A stretch of 64,000 nucleotides of DNA from an uncultured Planctomycetaceae bacterium. Lineage in GTDB: Bacteria > Planctomycetota > Planctomycetia > Isosphaerales > Isosphaeraceae. This document shows positions 26,547 to 37,813 of this stretch, piece by piece. The stretch spans positions 1,920,001 through 1,984,000 of the forward strand of contig CAWIAD010000001.1 in NCBI GenBank assembly GCA_963833985.1. Reading direction: 5' to 3'. The translations under genes and the position numbers were made by a program. The notes under the pieces were generated by a model. It searched no databases and was not told where the DNA came from. It was given only the letters and a program-made list of their open reading frames with translations. The first letter of the stretch is position 1; each line of letters begins with the position of its first letter.

Positions 26547-29465
26547 ATGCAACCGACCATGCGACGCCGGCTCCTGATCGTGGCACTCGGGCTCACCCTG
26601 ACCGCCGCATCCTGGCTGGGCGCGCAGACCATGAACGCCTGGCATCTGGACCGTGAGCTGCGCCTGGCCGAGCACGATTTCGCCGCGCGCCGGCTCAGCG
26701 AAGCCAGGCAGAGGCTGGCGCGCCTGGCCCGCCGCTGGCCGGAACGCGGCGACGTGGAGTACTGGCTGGGCGTGTGCGCCATGGGCCAGACCGATCCCGA
26801 CGCGGCCATGGCCGCCTGGCAACGCGTTCCCGAAGACTGCCGCGAGGCTCCCCTGGCCGAGCTGGCCCTCGGCCGCGTCGCCATCGAGGGGTGCCATTAC
26901 ATCCTCGCCGAAGCGTCGCTCCAGCGTGCCAGCCGCAGGAATGCCGAGGTCGGCGCCGAGGCCCGCCGCATGCTCGGCTGGCTGTACTGGATGACGGGCC
27001 GGCACGATGAGTACCAGGCGCTGTTGCGCATCGAGGCCAGCGAGCTGGCCGACCCGTCACGCGTCCTGCGCAAGCTCTGGGACCTGGACAACGAGCCCTT
27101 CCCGCTGGAAACGATGACCCGAACGCTCGACCAGGCCGACCGCCTGGCGCCCGCGGACGACCGCGTCTGGCTCGCCCGCGCCAGCCTGGCGACCCGCGGG
27201 GGCCGGCTGGACGAGGCCGACGGCTGGCTGGCGCGCTGCGAGCAAGCCCGTCCCGACGATCCGGTGATCTGGAACGCGCGGCTCGACTGGGCCATGGCCG
27301 CCGGCCGCCCCACGGAGCTGCTCCGCGCCGCGGCGCACCTGCCCGCCTCATCCTTTTCGCGGCCCCGCCTGCTGGCCATCACGGCCTGGCTGGCCGCGGC
27401 CCGCGGCGAGCGCACCGCCGAGCAAGCCGCTCTACAGGAACTGCTTCGTCTCGACCCGGCGAGTTTCCCCGCCATCGAGCGTCTGGCGGGCCTGGCCGCC
27501 GAGCAGGGCGACGCGCCGCAGGTCGCGGAACTACGCCACCGCAAGGCCGAGCTGGAGGTCGCGCGCGAGCGCTACCGATCGCTCGTGAACCAGCCGGACC
27601 CGGCGGCCAGCGCCGCCCTGCTGGCGCACGCCGCAGCCGCACTCGACCGGCGCTTCGACGCCCGGGCCTGGTGGAAGCTGGCGGCGCAGCGCGACCCCGC
27701 GTACCAGGACGAAGCGCGACTCGCCATCGCCCGCCTCGGTGATCGCCCGCAGCCGGAGGCGGCGGCTTCCGGCATGCTCGCGGACCTGCTTGGCCCGCGG
27801 GCGCCCGGCGGCGGCCCGGCGGTTCCGGCGGCCAGGGCCGGTGCAGCCATGGCGTTCTTCCGCGACGACGCACTGCCAGCGGGCTTGCACTTCCAGTTCC
27901 ACAACGGCCGCAGCGACAACCGCCAGCTTCCCGAAACGATGAGCGGGGGCATGGGCGTGCTGGATTTCGACGGCGACGGCTGGCTGGACGTCTACTGCGT
28001 CCAGGGCGGGCGGTTTCCTCCGCCGTCCGGGTCGCAGCCATCTGGCGACCGCCTCTTCCGCAACCTCGGGGGCGGGCGCTTCGTGGACGCCACCGTTTCC
28101 TCGGGCCTGGCCGGCTTCGCCGGCGGTTACGGCTTCGGCGTTGCCGTCGGAGACTACGATAACGACGGACGGCCAGACCTCTTTGTCACGCGCTGGGGGG
28201 CCTACGCGCTGTACCACAACCTCGGCGCAGGCCGTTTCGAGGACTGCACCGCGCGGGCCGGGCTGGGCGGCAACCGCGACTGGCCGACCTCCGCGGCCTG
28301 GGCCGACCTCGACGGCGATGGCGACCTGGATCTCTATGTCTGCCATTACCTCACGTGGAACGCGCAGAACCCCGAGATCTGTCGCGATCCGCAGAGCCAG
28401 AACCCGACTTACTGCGACCCGCGCTATTACAACGCCCTGCCGGACCACGTCTTTCGCAACGACGGCGGCCGCTTCGTGGACGTCACCCGTGAAGCCGGCA
28501 TCGTGGACACCCAGGGGCGTGGGCTGGGCGTGCTGGCGGCTGATCTGAACGGCGACGGCCGCACCGACCTGCTGGTCACGAACGACACCACGGCAAACTA
28601 CGTGTTCGAGAACCAGGGCGGCTTCCGATTCGTGGAAAAGGGGATGGACTACGGCCTGGCCACGAGCGCCAGCGGAGGCTACCTGGCGGGTATGGGCATT
28701 GCGTGCGGCGACTTCGACGGCGACGGCCGCCCGGATGTCGCCGTCACCAACTTCTACGGCGAGTCGACCACGCTGTACCACAACCACGGCGAGGGGCTCT
28801 TCAGCGACGGTTCGGCCGCCGCCGGCCTGGAATCCGCGACCCGGGCCATGCTCGGCTTCGGCCTGGCGGCCGTCGACGTCAACAATGACGGCAAGCTCGA
28901 CCTCGCCCAGGCCAACGGACACGTGGGTGACTTCCGGCCTGCCGTCCCGTATGCCATGCCCTCGCAGCTCTTCCTGGGTGACGGCAGCAGCCGATTCAGC
29001 GATGTTTCCGACCGCGCGGGGCCCGTCTGGACGGTTCCCCGGCTTGGCCGCGGCCTCACCGCCGGCGACCTCGACAATGACGGCCGGATCGATCTGCTCA
29101 TGGTCGTCGAGAACGAGCCCACCCTTTTTCTGCATAACCAGTCCGCCGCGTCCGGTCACTTCTTGACCCTTCGGCTGGAGGGAACCGCGTCCAGCCGTGA
29201 TGCCGTGGGCGCGCGAGTGGCGGTCACGGCCTCCGGCGTCACCCGGGTCGCGCCCCGGTTCGGTGGCGGCAGCTACATGTCCGCGCTCGATCAGCGGCTG
29301 CACTTCGGGCTGGACCAGGCCCGCAAGGTCGACCGCATCGAGGTCTTCTGGCCTTCCGGCAAGCACGACTCGTACGACGACCTGGCGGCCGACCAGGGAT
29401 ATCGCCTGCGCGAAGGCGACCCGGCGCCGCAGCCGCTTCCCGGCTTCGGCGCCAGGTCTCATTGA
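26547..29465 (+). CDS. TPR + FG-GAP repeat / ASPIC-UnbV (CRTAC1-like) protein
   Basis: N-terminal TPRs, repeated DFDGDGWLD/DYDNDGRPD, C-terminal RDAVGARV...GGGSYMS...LHFGL...WPSG. Confidence 0.92.
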   Translation: MQPTMRRRLLIVALGLTLTAASWLGAQTMNAWHLDRELRLAEHDFAARRLSEARQRLARLARRWPERGDVEYWLGVCAMGQTDPDAAMAAWQRVPEDCREAPLAELALGRVAIEGCHYILAEASLQRASRRNAEVGAEARRMLGWLYWMTGRHDEYQALLRIEASELADPSRVLRKLWDLDNEPFPLETMTRTLDQADRLAPADDRVWLARASLATRGGRLDEADGWLARCEQARPDDPVIWNARLDWAMAAGRPTELLRAAAHLPASSFSRPRLLAITAWLAAARGERTAEQAALQELLRLDPASFPAIERLAGLAAEQGDAPQVAELRHRKAELEVARERYRSLVNQPDPAASAALLAHAAAALDRRFDARAWWKLAAQRDPAYQDEARLAIARLGDRPQPEAAASGMLADLLGPRAPGGGPAVPAARAGAAMAFFRDDALPAGLHFQFHNGRSDNRQLPETMSGGMGVLDFDGDGWLDVYCVQGGRFPPPSGSQPSGDRLFRNLGGGRFVDATVSSGLAGFAGGYGFGVAVGDYDNDGRPDLFVTRWGAYALYHNLGAGRFEDCTARAGLGGNRDWPTSAAWADLDGDGDLDLYVCHYLTWNAQNPEICRDPQSQNPTYCDPRYYNALPDHVFRNDGGRFVDVTREAGIVDTQGRGLGVLAADLNGDGRTDLLVTNDTTANYVFENQGGFRFVEKGMDYGLATSASGGYLAGMGIACGDFDGDGRPDVAVTNFYGESTTLYHNHGEGLFSDGSAAAGLESATRAMLGFGLAAVDVNNDGKLDLAQANGHVGDFRPAVPYAMPSQLFLGDGSSRFSDVSDRAGPVWTVPRLGRGLTAGDLDNDGRIDLLMVVENEPTLFLHNQSAASGHFLTLRLEGTASSRDAVGARVAVTASGVTRVAPRFGGGSYMSALDQRLHFGLDQARKVDRIEVFWPSGKHDSYDDLAADQGYRLREGDPAPQPLPGFGARSH

Positions 29466-29606
29466 TCCTGAGGACCCCCTCCCGGAACAGCAAGCGGAAT
29501 GAGCTTCCGCCTCGGGCCCGGGACAGGCCTCTGAGCTTGTCCTCTGTTGCCTTGCCGGGAGGATTGCCGGCCGCTTCCAGTGAAGGAAAGCACCAGGCTT
29601 GCCGCC

Positions 29607-31208
29607 TCAACCGCTGGTGGGCCTGGTGATGTCGATCTTCGGAAAAAGCGGCGCTGGCTTGCCACCGCTGAGGGTGGCCGTCACGCGGAGCGACATCTCC
29701 CCGACCGGGTGGGCCGCGTCGCCGTACGACACGCGCTCCCAGGCGGCCTGCTCGCCGAAGTTGAACGCCGAGTAGAACGTCTCGGCTGTACGCGGCAAGA
29801 ACGGCTTGATGAGGATCGCCGCCACGCGCACCCACTCCGCCAGGTTCAGGAGCACGCGCCGGCAGGCTTCCAGATCGGTCTTCGCCAGCTTGAAGGGCTC
29901 GGTCTCCTGGGTGTAGCGGTTCGCCCGGTCGACGACCTCCAGCCAGATGCGGCCCAGAGCGGTGCTGTAATCCAGCTCGGTCATCGCCTCACGCAGCTCT
30001 CCCACAAGCGCGGGGAGGTCGAGATCGCCGCGCCAGGCGGTCAGGGCCAGCCCCTGCGTGCTGCCCAGGTTCCCCTCGAAGTACCGCACGCACATGGTCA
30101 GGATCCGGCTGTACAGGTTGCCCAGATTGTTGGCCAGAGCGCTGTTGTACACGTCGGCGAAGCGCTCGAACGAGAACTCGCCATCGCCGCCGAAGGGGCA
30201 CTGGCTCATGAAGTAGAAGCGGAAGGCCTCCGCGGAGAACTGGCTCACCAGGTCCATGGGCTCGACCACGTTGCCAAGGCTCTTGCTGAGCTTCTGAACT
30301 TCCCCGGTTTCCTCGTTCTTGCGATGCACGAAGCCGTGTCCGAACACCTTGCGCGGGGGCTCGACGCCCGCCGAGAGCAGCATCGCCGGCCAGAGGACGC
30401 AGTGGAACCGGGTGATGTCCTTGCCGATCACGTGCAGATCGGCCGGCCAGAGCTTGTGAAACCGCTCCTCGTCGCTGCCGTAACCGATCGCCGTGATGTA
30501 GTTGAGCAGGGCGTCGAACCAGACGTAGATGGTCTGGCCCGGGTCGAACGGCACCTTGATTCCCCAGCTCAGCCCCTTGCGGGTGATGGCCACGTCCCTC
30601 AACTCGGTTTCCACGAGGTTGAGGATCTCGTTGCGACGGCTTTCCGGCTGGATGAACTCGGAATGGGCCGCGTAGAAGTCGAGCAGGCGGTCCCGGTACG
30701 CCGAGAGGCGGAAAAAGTAGTTCTCTTCCTCCAACCAGGCCAGCGGCGTGGCGGGATGCAGCGGACACTTTCCCCCTCCCTCGGCCACCTCCTTCTCTGT
30801 CTTGAATGCCTCGCACCCGGTGCAGTAATGCCCGGCGTACGTCGACTTGTAGATGTCGCCGGCGTCGTACACCGCCTGGATGAACTTCTGGCAGCCCCGG
30901 TGATGCCGCTCCTCGCTGGTCTGGATGAAGTCGTCGTTGGAAATCTCCAGGGCACCCCAGACCTCCCGGAACTGCCGGGCCATGTCGTCCACGTAGGCCC
31001 TGGGCTCCAGCCCGAGCTCGCGAGCGCGCAGGGTCACCTTGTTGGTGTTCTCATCATTGCCCATCAGGAAATGGACCGAGGCGCCCTCCATGCGGCGGAA
31101 CCGGGCCTGTACGTCGGCCCCGATCTTCTCGAAGGCCGTGCCGATGTGCGGGCGGCTGTTGGGGTAATCGATCGCCGTCGTGAGGTAATACCGCGTCGCG
31201 TCTGCCAT
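29607..31208 (-). CDS. metG: Methionyl-tRNA synthetase
   Basis: YYLTTAIDYPNSRPHIGT, YCTGCE zinc knuckle, YVWFDALLNY, IGKDITRFH, KLSKSLGN, LANNLGNL. Confidence 0.95.
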   Translation of the reverse strand: MADATRYYLTTAIDYPNSRPHIGTAFEKIGADVQARFRRMEGASVHFLMGNDENTNKVTLRARELGLEPRAYVDDMARQFREVWGALEISNDDFIQTSEERHHRGCQKFIQAVYDAGDIYKSTYAGHYCTGCEAFKTEKEVAEGGGKCPLHPATPLAWLEEENYFFRLSAYRDRLLDFYAAHSEFIQPESRRNEILNLVETELRDVAITRKGLSWGIKVPFDPGQTIYVWFDALLNYITAIGYGSDEERFHKLWPADLHVIGKDITRFHCVLWPAMLLSAGVEPPRKVFGHGFVHRKNEETGEVQKLSKSLGNVVEPMDLVSQFSAEAFRFYFMSQCPFGGDGEFSFERFADVYNSALANNLGNLYSRILTMCVRYFEGNLGSTQGLALTAWRGDLDLPALVGELREAMTELDYSTALGRIWLEVVDRANRYTQETEPFKLAKTDLEACRRVLLNLAEWVRVAAILIKPFLPRTAETFYSAFNFGEQAAWERVSYGDAAHPVGEMSLRVTATLSGGKPAPLFPKIDITRPTSG

Positions 31209-31439
31209 CGTATCGTTCCGATCCCCGGCTTCCTGGTTGACCACTGCCTCGACATTGCCGGCCGGTCCCCGGCGCACGAGTGCCCACTCAGTCCATCCAT
31301 CGATCATGGACACGCAAGCGCCGGCAAGGGTTCCGAGACGAGGGCCGGAATCAGAACATCATACCAGCAGCCAGGCCAACGGGCCGGACGAAACTGCGGC
31401 CGCGCTCGTGAGCGGCGCCGCCGGGCCCTGGCCCCGACC

Positions 31440-32039
31440 TCAGTTCCGGTACCATTGCATGATGATCGGATCGATCAGTCCCAGGATCGTCGAGACCACC
31501 GTGGCCACGAACCACATGACCATGAGCGAAGTGGAATTCTGGAGGAAGGGGTTGCCCGGAACCGCGAAGGCCCAGCAGCCGAACGCGATCGTGGCCGCAA
31601 GCGCCTTCCACCACGGCCAGGACCGTACCGGCGGGCGAGCGAGGTGGTGGCTCGCCAGGCCGCTGAGGTAGCTGAGAATCAGCAACAGCGGCGTCATCAC
31701 GATCAGCCCGCCCAGCATCCACCAGTCGTACGCCGTATGACTGACCGGCTCGGCCACATGGTTGATATAGGCGTACAGGCTTCGCGAGGCCGGAACTGCC
31801 AGCCAGTACAGCGTGATGGTCTCGGTGGGGATGAAATCGACCAGCCGTTGCAGGGCCGTACTGACCGCGGGGGGCGGCTCGACGGCGCGGTTCTCCGGCG
31901 CGATCACGCGCGCTTCCACCGCCTCGCGCGTTCCGACTGGGGGCAGGTCCCGGGAGACTCCCCCGCGCAATGCGCCCTTGGCCTGAAGGGCCCTTCGGTC
32001 CGCCTGCACGGCGCGTCCCGCCAGCGTGAACAGGCTCAT
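31440..32039 (-). CDS. Hypothetical 4-TM membrane protein
   Basis: LQRLVDFIPTETITLYW, hydrophobic helices, WAFAVPGNPF. Confidence 0.7.
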   Translation of the reverse strand: MSLFTLAGRAVQADRRALQAKGALRGGVSRDLPPVGTREAVEARVIAPENRAVEPPPAVSTALQRLVDFIPTETITLYWLAVPASRSLYAYINHVAEPVSHTAYDWWMLGGLIVMTPLLLILSYLSGLASHHLARPPVRSWPWWKALAATIAFGCWAFAVPGNPFLQNSTSLMVMWFVATVVSTILGLIDPIIMQWYRN

Positions 32040-32093
32040 GTTCCGTGCCTCAACATCGCTACCCTTGACCGCAAAGCATCACTGGTAAGCCGC

Positions 32094-32972
32094 TCAGGCG
32101 GCCGAAGCCGTGTCCGCCTCGGTGCTGCCGGCCTGAGCAGGGGGCGTGTCGGCCGCAAGGTCCGATGCGCTCCAGATGGCGGCCGGCGCCCGGCCCTGAA
32201 GCTCGGACGCCAGCGAGGAATAGTCCTCGGCGCCCCGGCTGTTCGGCGCGTACTGGAAGATGGACTGGCCGAAGCTGGGACACTCGGCCAGCCGGATATT
32301 GCGGCGAATCCTCGTGCGGTAGAGCTGCGCGTCCGCCCAGGGGACCGCGTTGTTCCGCCGCGCCGCGAAGAAGGCCTCCAGGTCCTCGATCACCTCGCTG
32401 CCGTGCCGGGTCCCCGCGTCGTACAGGCAAAGCAGGATGCCGCCGACCTTGAGCTCCTTGTTGACCCTGCGAGAGACCAGGTGCACCGTCTCCAGCAGCT
32501 TGGACAGACCATGCAGCGCCAGGAAATGCGCTTGCAGGGGAATGAGCACCTCGTTCGCCGCGCAGAGGGCGTTCAGGGTGAGTACCGAGAGCGACGGCGG
32601 GCAGTCCATGAGCACGAAGTCAAACGGCTCGGTGTCGGCCGCAAGCTGATCGCGCAGAATCACCTCCCGGCCGACCGTGCCCAGCAGCTCCAGCTCGGCC
32701 CCGGCCAGGTCAATGTGGCTGCCGCAGATTTGCAGGTTGTTTGCCACCTGCCGGCGCACGCTGGAGACGCTCATGTTGTGGGCGAGCACCTCGTAGAGCG
32801 ACGGTCCGGAACGCCCTGGCAGCAATCCAAGGTGAAGCGTTGCATGGGCTTGCGGATCCATGTCGATGACCAGCGTCCGGTGGCCGTCCAGCGCCAGGGC
32901 CGCGGCCAGGTTCACCGTTGTGGTGGTCTTGCCCACTCCGCCCTTCTGATTCAACACCGCAATCCGCCGCAT
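32094..32972 (-). CDS. ParA/Soj-family ATPase
   Basis: IAVLNQKGGVGKTTT, IDMDPQAHAT, DCPPSL, IRRNIRLAECPSFG. Confidence 0.93.
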   Translation of the reverse strand: MRRIAVLNQKGGVGKTTTTVNLAAALALDGHRTLVIDMDPQAHATLHLGLLPGRSGPSLYEVLAHNMSVSSVRRQVANNLQICGSHIDLAGAELELLGTVGREVILRDQLAADTEPFDFVLMDCPPSLSVLTLNALCAANEVLIPLQAHFLALHGLSKLLETVHLVSRRVNKELKVGGILLCLYDAGTRHGSEVIEDLEAFFAARRNNAVPWADAQLYRTRIRRNIRLAECPSFGQSIFQYAPNSRGAEDYSSLASELQGRAPAAIWSASDLAADTPPAQAGSTEADTASAA

Positions 32973-33152
32973 TGTGGTTCCCTCCATGGAAGAATGCGAC
33001 CGGGCCGCGCCCTCTCGCCCGGGTGACCGGCGCTCCCGTGGGAAATGCTTCACGAGCGCGTGCTGGCTTCCCGCGGAACGGACCCGGAGACGCCGGAATC
33101 TAGCAGTTTGCGGCCGCAGCGCTAAGGCGAAGTGCAAGACAGGCAACCGCGT

Positions 33153-34892
33153 GGGTGTAAGACGCGGTTCGCGCCGCCCGAGGCCGGTGGTAGCATGTCA
33201 AGTCAAGTTTCCCAAATTGTCCGTCACCGGAAGTCCAAGGAGGGACCTGCTATGCCTTTCCGTAAGTCACCATCGATGGATCGCACCGGGGTCGAGCAGA
33301 TGGCCAAAGGGTGGGGGAAAATTGTGGCGCGACGGGTCCACGAAGAAGTTGGGCCTGACCTGGACCTCGATGCCGACGACATGGAACAAATGGCCATGAC
33401 CGCGGCCTGTGCCGTGGCCAAGGGAACCATCGAGGAACTCCTGAAGCAGAAAGCCTCCCTCTTGGGGGCCGAGCAGCCTTGTCCCAACTGCAAGCGGCTC
33501 TGTCCGGTGCAACGCAACGATCGAACCATTGAATTCTGGGGAGGCAAGGTCACCTACGCCGAACCGAAGTGCCACTGCCCGGCATGTCGCCGGGATTTTT
33601 TTCCCTCAGCGTCCGGCCTTGCGCCTCACGCCACATGACTACAGCCCTTCGGTGCTGCGCAAGATCGTCCGTTGCGGTGCCCGGGAGCCCTCCTTCCGGG
33701 AGGCGGCCGAGGCGATGGCGGAATTGGCCGAGGTGACCATCGGCAGTCGGCAGATCGGCCGCATCGCCCAGGAGGTCGGCCAACAATTGCAGGCCGAGAG
33801 AGATCAGCATGTGAGCGAACTTCAAGCCCATAAGCTCGAGCCGCGAGTCGAGACACGGCCGGCTCTGGCAGTGGTCGAGGTTGACGGCGGCCGGCTGCAG
33901 ATTCGCGGCCAGGGGGAAGGGCCCGGTGCCCATGATGCGTCCTGGCGTGAGGACAAGATCGCGATTCTGGCCACCATGGCCAATGTCGTCTCGGACTGCG
34001 ACCCGGAGCCGGAGTTGCCCGCCTGCTACCGCGACCGGGGATACGTCGAGAAGCTTGTCGGCGGGATCAGCGGGTCGAGCTCGATGGGCCTACAGGAGGC
34101 CCCGGCGGAGAACATCGACGAAGCATCTCTGCCGTCCCCCGGGGATCGGTCCGAGCCGAGGGAAAGGCCCGAACTGGTGGTGCGGACTTACGTGGCGAGC
34201 ACCTGCTCCAGCGAGCAATTCGGGCCGATGGTGGCCGCGGAGGCGTGGCGACGCAATCTCATGAAAGCGGCTCATCGGGCGTTCCTGGGGGACGGCTCGG
34301 CCTGGATCTGGAAATTGCAGCAACGGCATTTTCCGACCTTTCTGGCCATCGTTGATTTTCTCCACGCCCTGGGTCACCTGTTCGCGGCCGCCAAGGCTGC
34401 GGCGATCGAGACCGAAGGCCGCTGGGAGTTGTTCCAGGCATGGGCGGAGGCCTGCTGGAAGGGACGCGTGGGCCAGGTGATTGAGGAACTCCGTACCCTG
34501 CGAGATGCCCAGGCGTCCTTATCCGGAGACGAGCTCGAACGGCTGGCCGACGATGACCCGCGCAAGATCATCGCCCAAGAACTCGGCTACCTGGAGCATA
34601 ATCGAGAGCGGATGGACTACCCTGCTTATCGACGCGGGGGATTGCCGTGGACGAGCAGTCACGTGGAGTCGACCGTGAAGATCTTCAACCGGCGGGTCAA
34701 GGGGTCGGAGAAATTCTGGAGCGACGCCGGTGCCGAGACGATGCTTCAGCTTCGAGCGTCGTTCCTCTCGGAGGACGGACGCCTGGATCGGTACCTCAAA
34801 GAGAGGCCCAGCAGCCCCTTCCGCAACTATAAAGCCAGGGAAACTGGGAAAGCGGCGTAGGACCTCAGAAAAACGAACCGTGTCTTACACCC
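33153..34892 (+). mobile_element. ISKra4-like insertion sequence
   Basis: 19-bp terminal inverted repeats GGGTGTAAGACGCGGTTCG / CGAACCGTGTCTTACACCC; perfect 9-bp target duplication CAACCGCGT at 33144-33152 and 34893-34901. Family assignment is inferred from the transposase motifs. Confidence 0.92.
33252..34860 (+). CDS. ISKra4-like transposase, two ORFs joined by probable -1 programmed frameshift
   Basis: ORF1 has CPNC..CPAC-RRDFFP; slippery GATTTTTTTCCC at ~33594-33605; ORF2 has VEVDGG, FLGDGSAWIW, VDFLHA, RMDY, SSHVES. Confidence 0.88.
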
Positions 34893-35220
34893 CAACCGCG
34901 TGCGGGCTTCCGCCCCCGGCTGACCGGGCCGGCCGGGCGCCCCGAGCGGACACCAGCCCCCTTCCGGCTTCGATTCTTCATCGAGTCAGGTCGCCGGCAC
35001 GGGCTCACGTGCGCACACACACGTCCGCTGCTCTTGGCAGTGCAGTTCCCACCGTGATACGATTGCCTATCATAACACCGTAGAGCGATGGGCCTAACAG
35101 CCAGATCAAGGCCGGCGCACCGCGGTCCGGGACGCCTCTGCCGGTGTCATCGTTTCCGGCATGCACGGCCGGGCGGCCCGGGTCGGACGTGCAAGAAACA
35201 TCCGTGAAGGAGCAGCGATC

Positions 35221-37694
35221 ATGGTCGGGGCAATACGATGGCTGGGAGCGATCCTTCTGAGCCCGACGCTGGTCGCCGGGACTGCTGCGGCGATCTCTCT
35301 CGTACCGGCTCATCTCGCTGCCGCGAGCACCACCGCGACGGCCCAGGAGCCGGCCGCGGCTCCGGCCAGCGGACCGCCGGCCACGAGTCCAGCGGCCACG
35401 AGCCCTGTGCCGAAACCGGACGTGGCGCCGCTGTTCTCGCAGCCGGGCGACGATCCTCCCCGACCCTTCGTGCCGCTCCACCCCAGCACCGTCGACGACC
35501 GCCAGCGCACCGAAGCGCTGCGGCTTTACACCACGGCGCGCGGACTCGAGGATCGGGGCTCGTTCCAGGAGGCCGTCACCCTGCTCCAGCAGGCCCAGAA
35601 GCTCGATCCCGATTCCGTCGCCATCGTCCGGCGGTTGAGCCGCATCTACCTGGGAGCCCTGAGCCGGCCGGAACTCGCCGTCGAGTTCGGCAAGAAGGTG
35701 CTGGCGGCGGAACCCGATGACACAGAGACCCTCAGCCGCCTGGTCGAGTTCTACCTCCGCAAGAATGACCTGGCCGGCTGCCAGACCGTGCTCAAGGACG
35801 TGCTGGCCAACCCCAGGCTCGAGGCCCGCTCGCCCGGCCGCCTGCTGGCCCAGTTCGAGCTGGGCAAGCTCTACGCGGAGAAGCTCAACCAGCCCGAAAA
35901 CGCCGCCAGGGCGTACGCCGAGGTCCTCACCGGTCTCGACGACAAGACCGCCAACCGGCTCTCGCCCGCCGACCTCAATCGCATCCTGGGGAACGACCCC
36001 GCAACCGCGTACCTGAACTTCGGCAATACCTTCCTGGAGGCCAAACGCGACGATCTGGCGGTCAGGGCGTTCGAACGCGGACTCATCTATGATGAGGAGA
36101 ACCCGCAGATTCCCCTGCAACTGGCCGAGACGTTGCTCAAGCAGTCCCGGGGAGAACAGCGCTCGCCCTGGTGGAGCGCTACATCAGGCGCCAGCCTCAA
36201 TCGCTGGAGGCTTACGAGCTTTTGGCCAAGGTGCTCACCGCGCTGAAGCGTCAGAACGAGATCACGCCGCGGCTCGAGGAGGCCGCCCGCCGCGATTCCA
36301 AGAACGTTCCGCTTCAGTATGTGCTGGCCGACCGCTACCGCGAAACTGGCCAGACCGACAAGGCCGAGGCCCTCTACAAGGCCCTGCTCACCAGCCAGCC
36401 GACACCGCAAACCTATCGCGCCCTTGCGGCGTCGCTCTTGAAGCGCAGAAAGGCGGCCGACCTGCTGAAGGTCATCTGCGAGGCCATGATGCACCCCAGC
36501 GGCCTGGAGGCGGTCCAGGCACAGCTCCAGGCGGCCGCGGCCGATGATGAGCTCGCCGAGGCCATCCTGGACGCGGGCCTTCAGCAGCTTCAGTCGGACC
36601 CGCAAAGCCTGCCCCGCTCGGCCTTCAACGTGCTCAGCTTCATCGCCAATCCCGAACGCGGGTCCAACAAGACGAAGCGGCTGGAACGGCTGATCAAGCT
36701 CCAGCGCGTGATGCTGGCAAAGAACCCCAGCGCCCAGCTCTACAAGGAAATCGCCGACACGCTCCGCCGCCTTGATCAATATGCCGAGGCCGCCGCCACC
36801 ATTCGCCAGTTGATCGACAAGTATCCCGCCGAGAAGAACAGCCGCATCCTCTCCGCCCTGGCCGAGCTGGAGCGCCGGGCCGGCCACATCGACGCCGCGC
36901 TTTCCGCGGCCTCCCAGGCCTCGCAGCTTGATCCGAACGACGTTGAGGTCCTTGTCTTGCTGGCCGACCTTCTGAGCGACACCGGAAAGATCGATCAGGC
37001 CATCGCCATCCTCGAAAAACTCATCAAGAACGAGTCGGACAACGCCCGCTACCGCTTCGTGCTCGGTGGCCTGCTCGCCAAGTTCGGACGCAACGACGAG
37101 GCCGTGAAAGTCTTCCAGGAGCTGATCAAGCGGTTCCCCTCCAACGATGAGATCGTCAAGCTGGCCCATTCGAACCTGTCGATCGTCTACGTGAACCAGG
37201 GGGACTACGCCCGGGGCGAGGCCGAGCTTGAAATCCTCTTCCAGAAGACTCCGGACGACGCCGGCATCAATAACGACCTGGGATACCTCTACGCGGACCA
37301 GGGGAAGAATCTCGAGAAGGCCGAGACCATGATCCGCAAGGCCGTGACGGAAGACCCGGACCGGCCCGCCTACCTTGATAGCCTTGGCTGGGTGCTCTTC
37401 AAACGAGGCAAGGCCAGGGAATCGCTGGAGCCCCTCACGAAAGCCGTCGAGCTCCAGAAGCTCGAAGAAAAGCGCGGACTGGCCCCCCCGGATGCCACCA
37501 TTCGCGAACATCTGGGCGACGTCTATCTTCAGCTCAAGGAAGTGGACAAGGCGCGGCAGATCTGGGAAGAGGCCGAGCAAATCGCCTCCAAGGCCGTGCC
37601 GGCCGATAAACGACTCTCCGAGATTCGCAAGAAACTGGCGTCGCTCAAGGGCCTGGATTCCCTGCCCAAGACGTCATCCACCAGGACCCCTTGA
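35221..37694 (+). CDS. Large secreted TPR protein (frameshift near 36160)
   Basis: Signal peptide, TPR helices throughout, NNDLGYLYAD...YLDSLGWVLFK...EHLGDVY. Confidence 0.85.
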
Positions 37695-37813
37695 TCTGAT
37701 CCGGCTCGATCCGGTTCGATCTCATCCCGTCCAATCCAGTCGAGACCAGCAGACCGGCGCCCGATGTGATGTCAGAGCGGGCCGCTCCGATTTCTCCAGG
37801 AGTTTTGATCACG

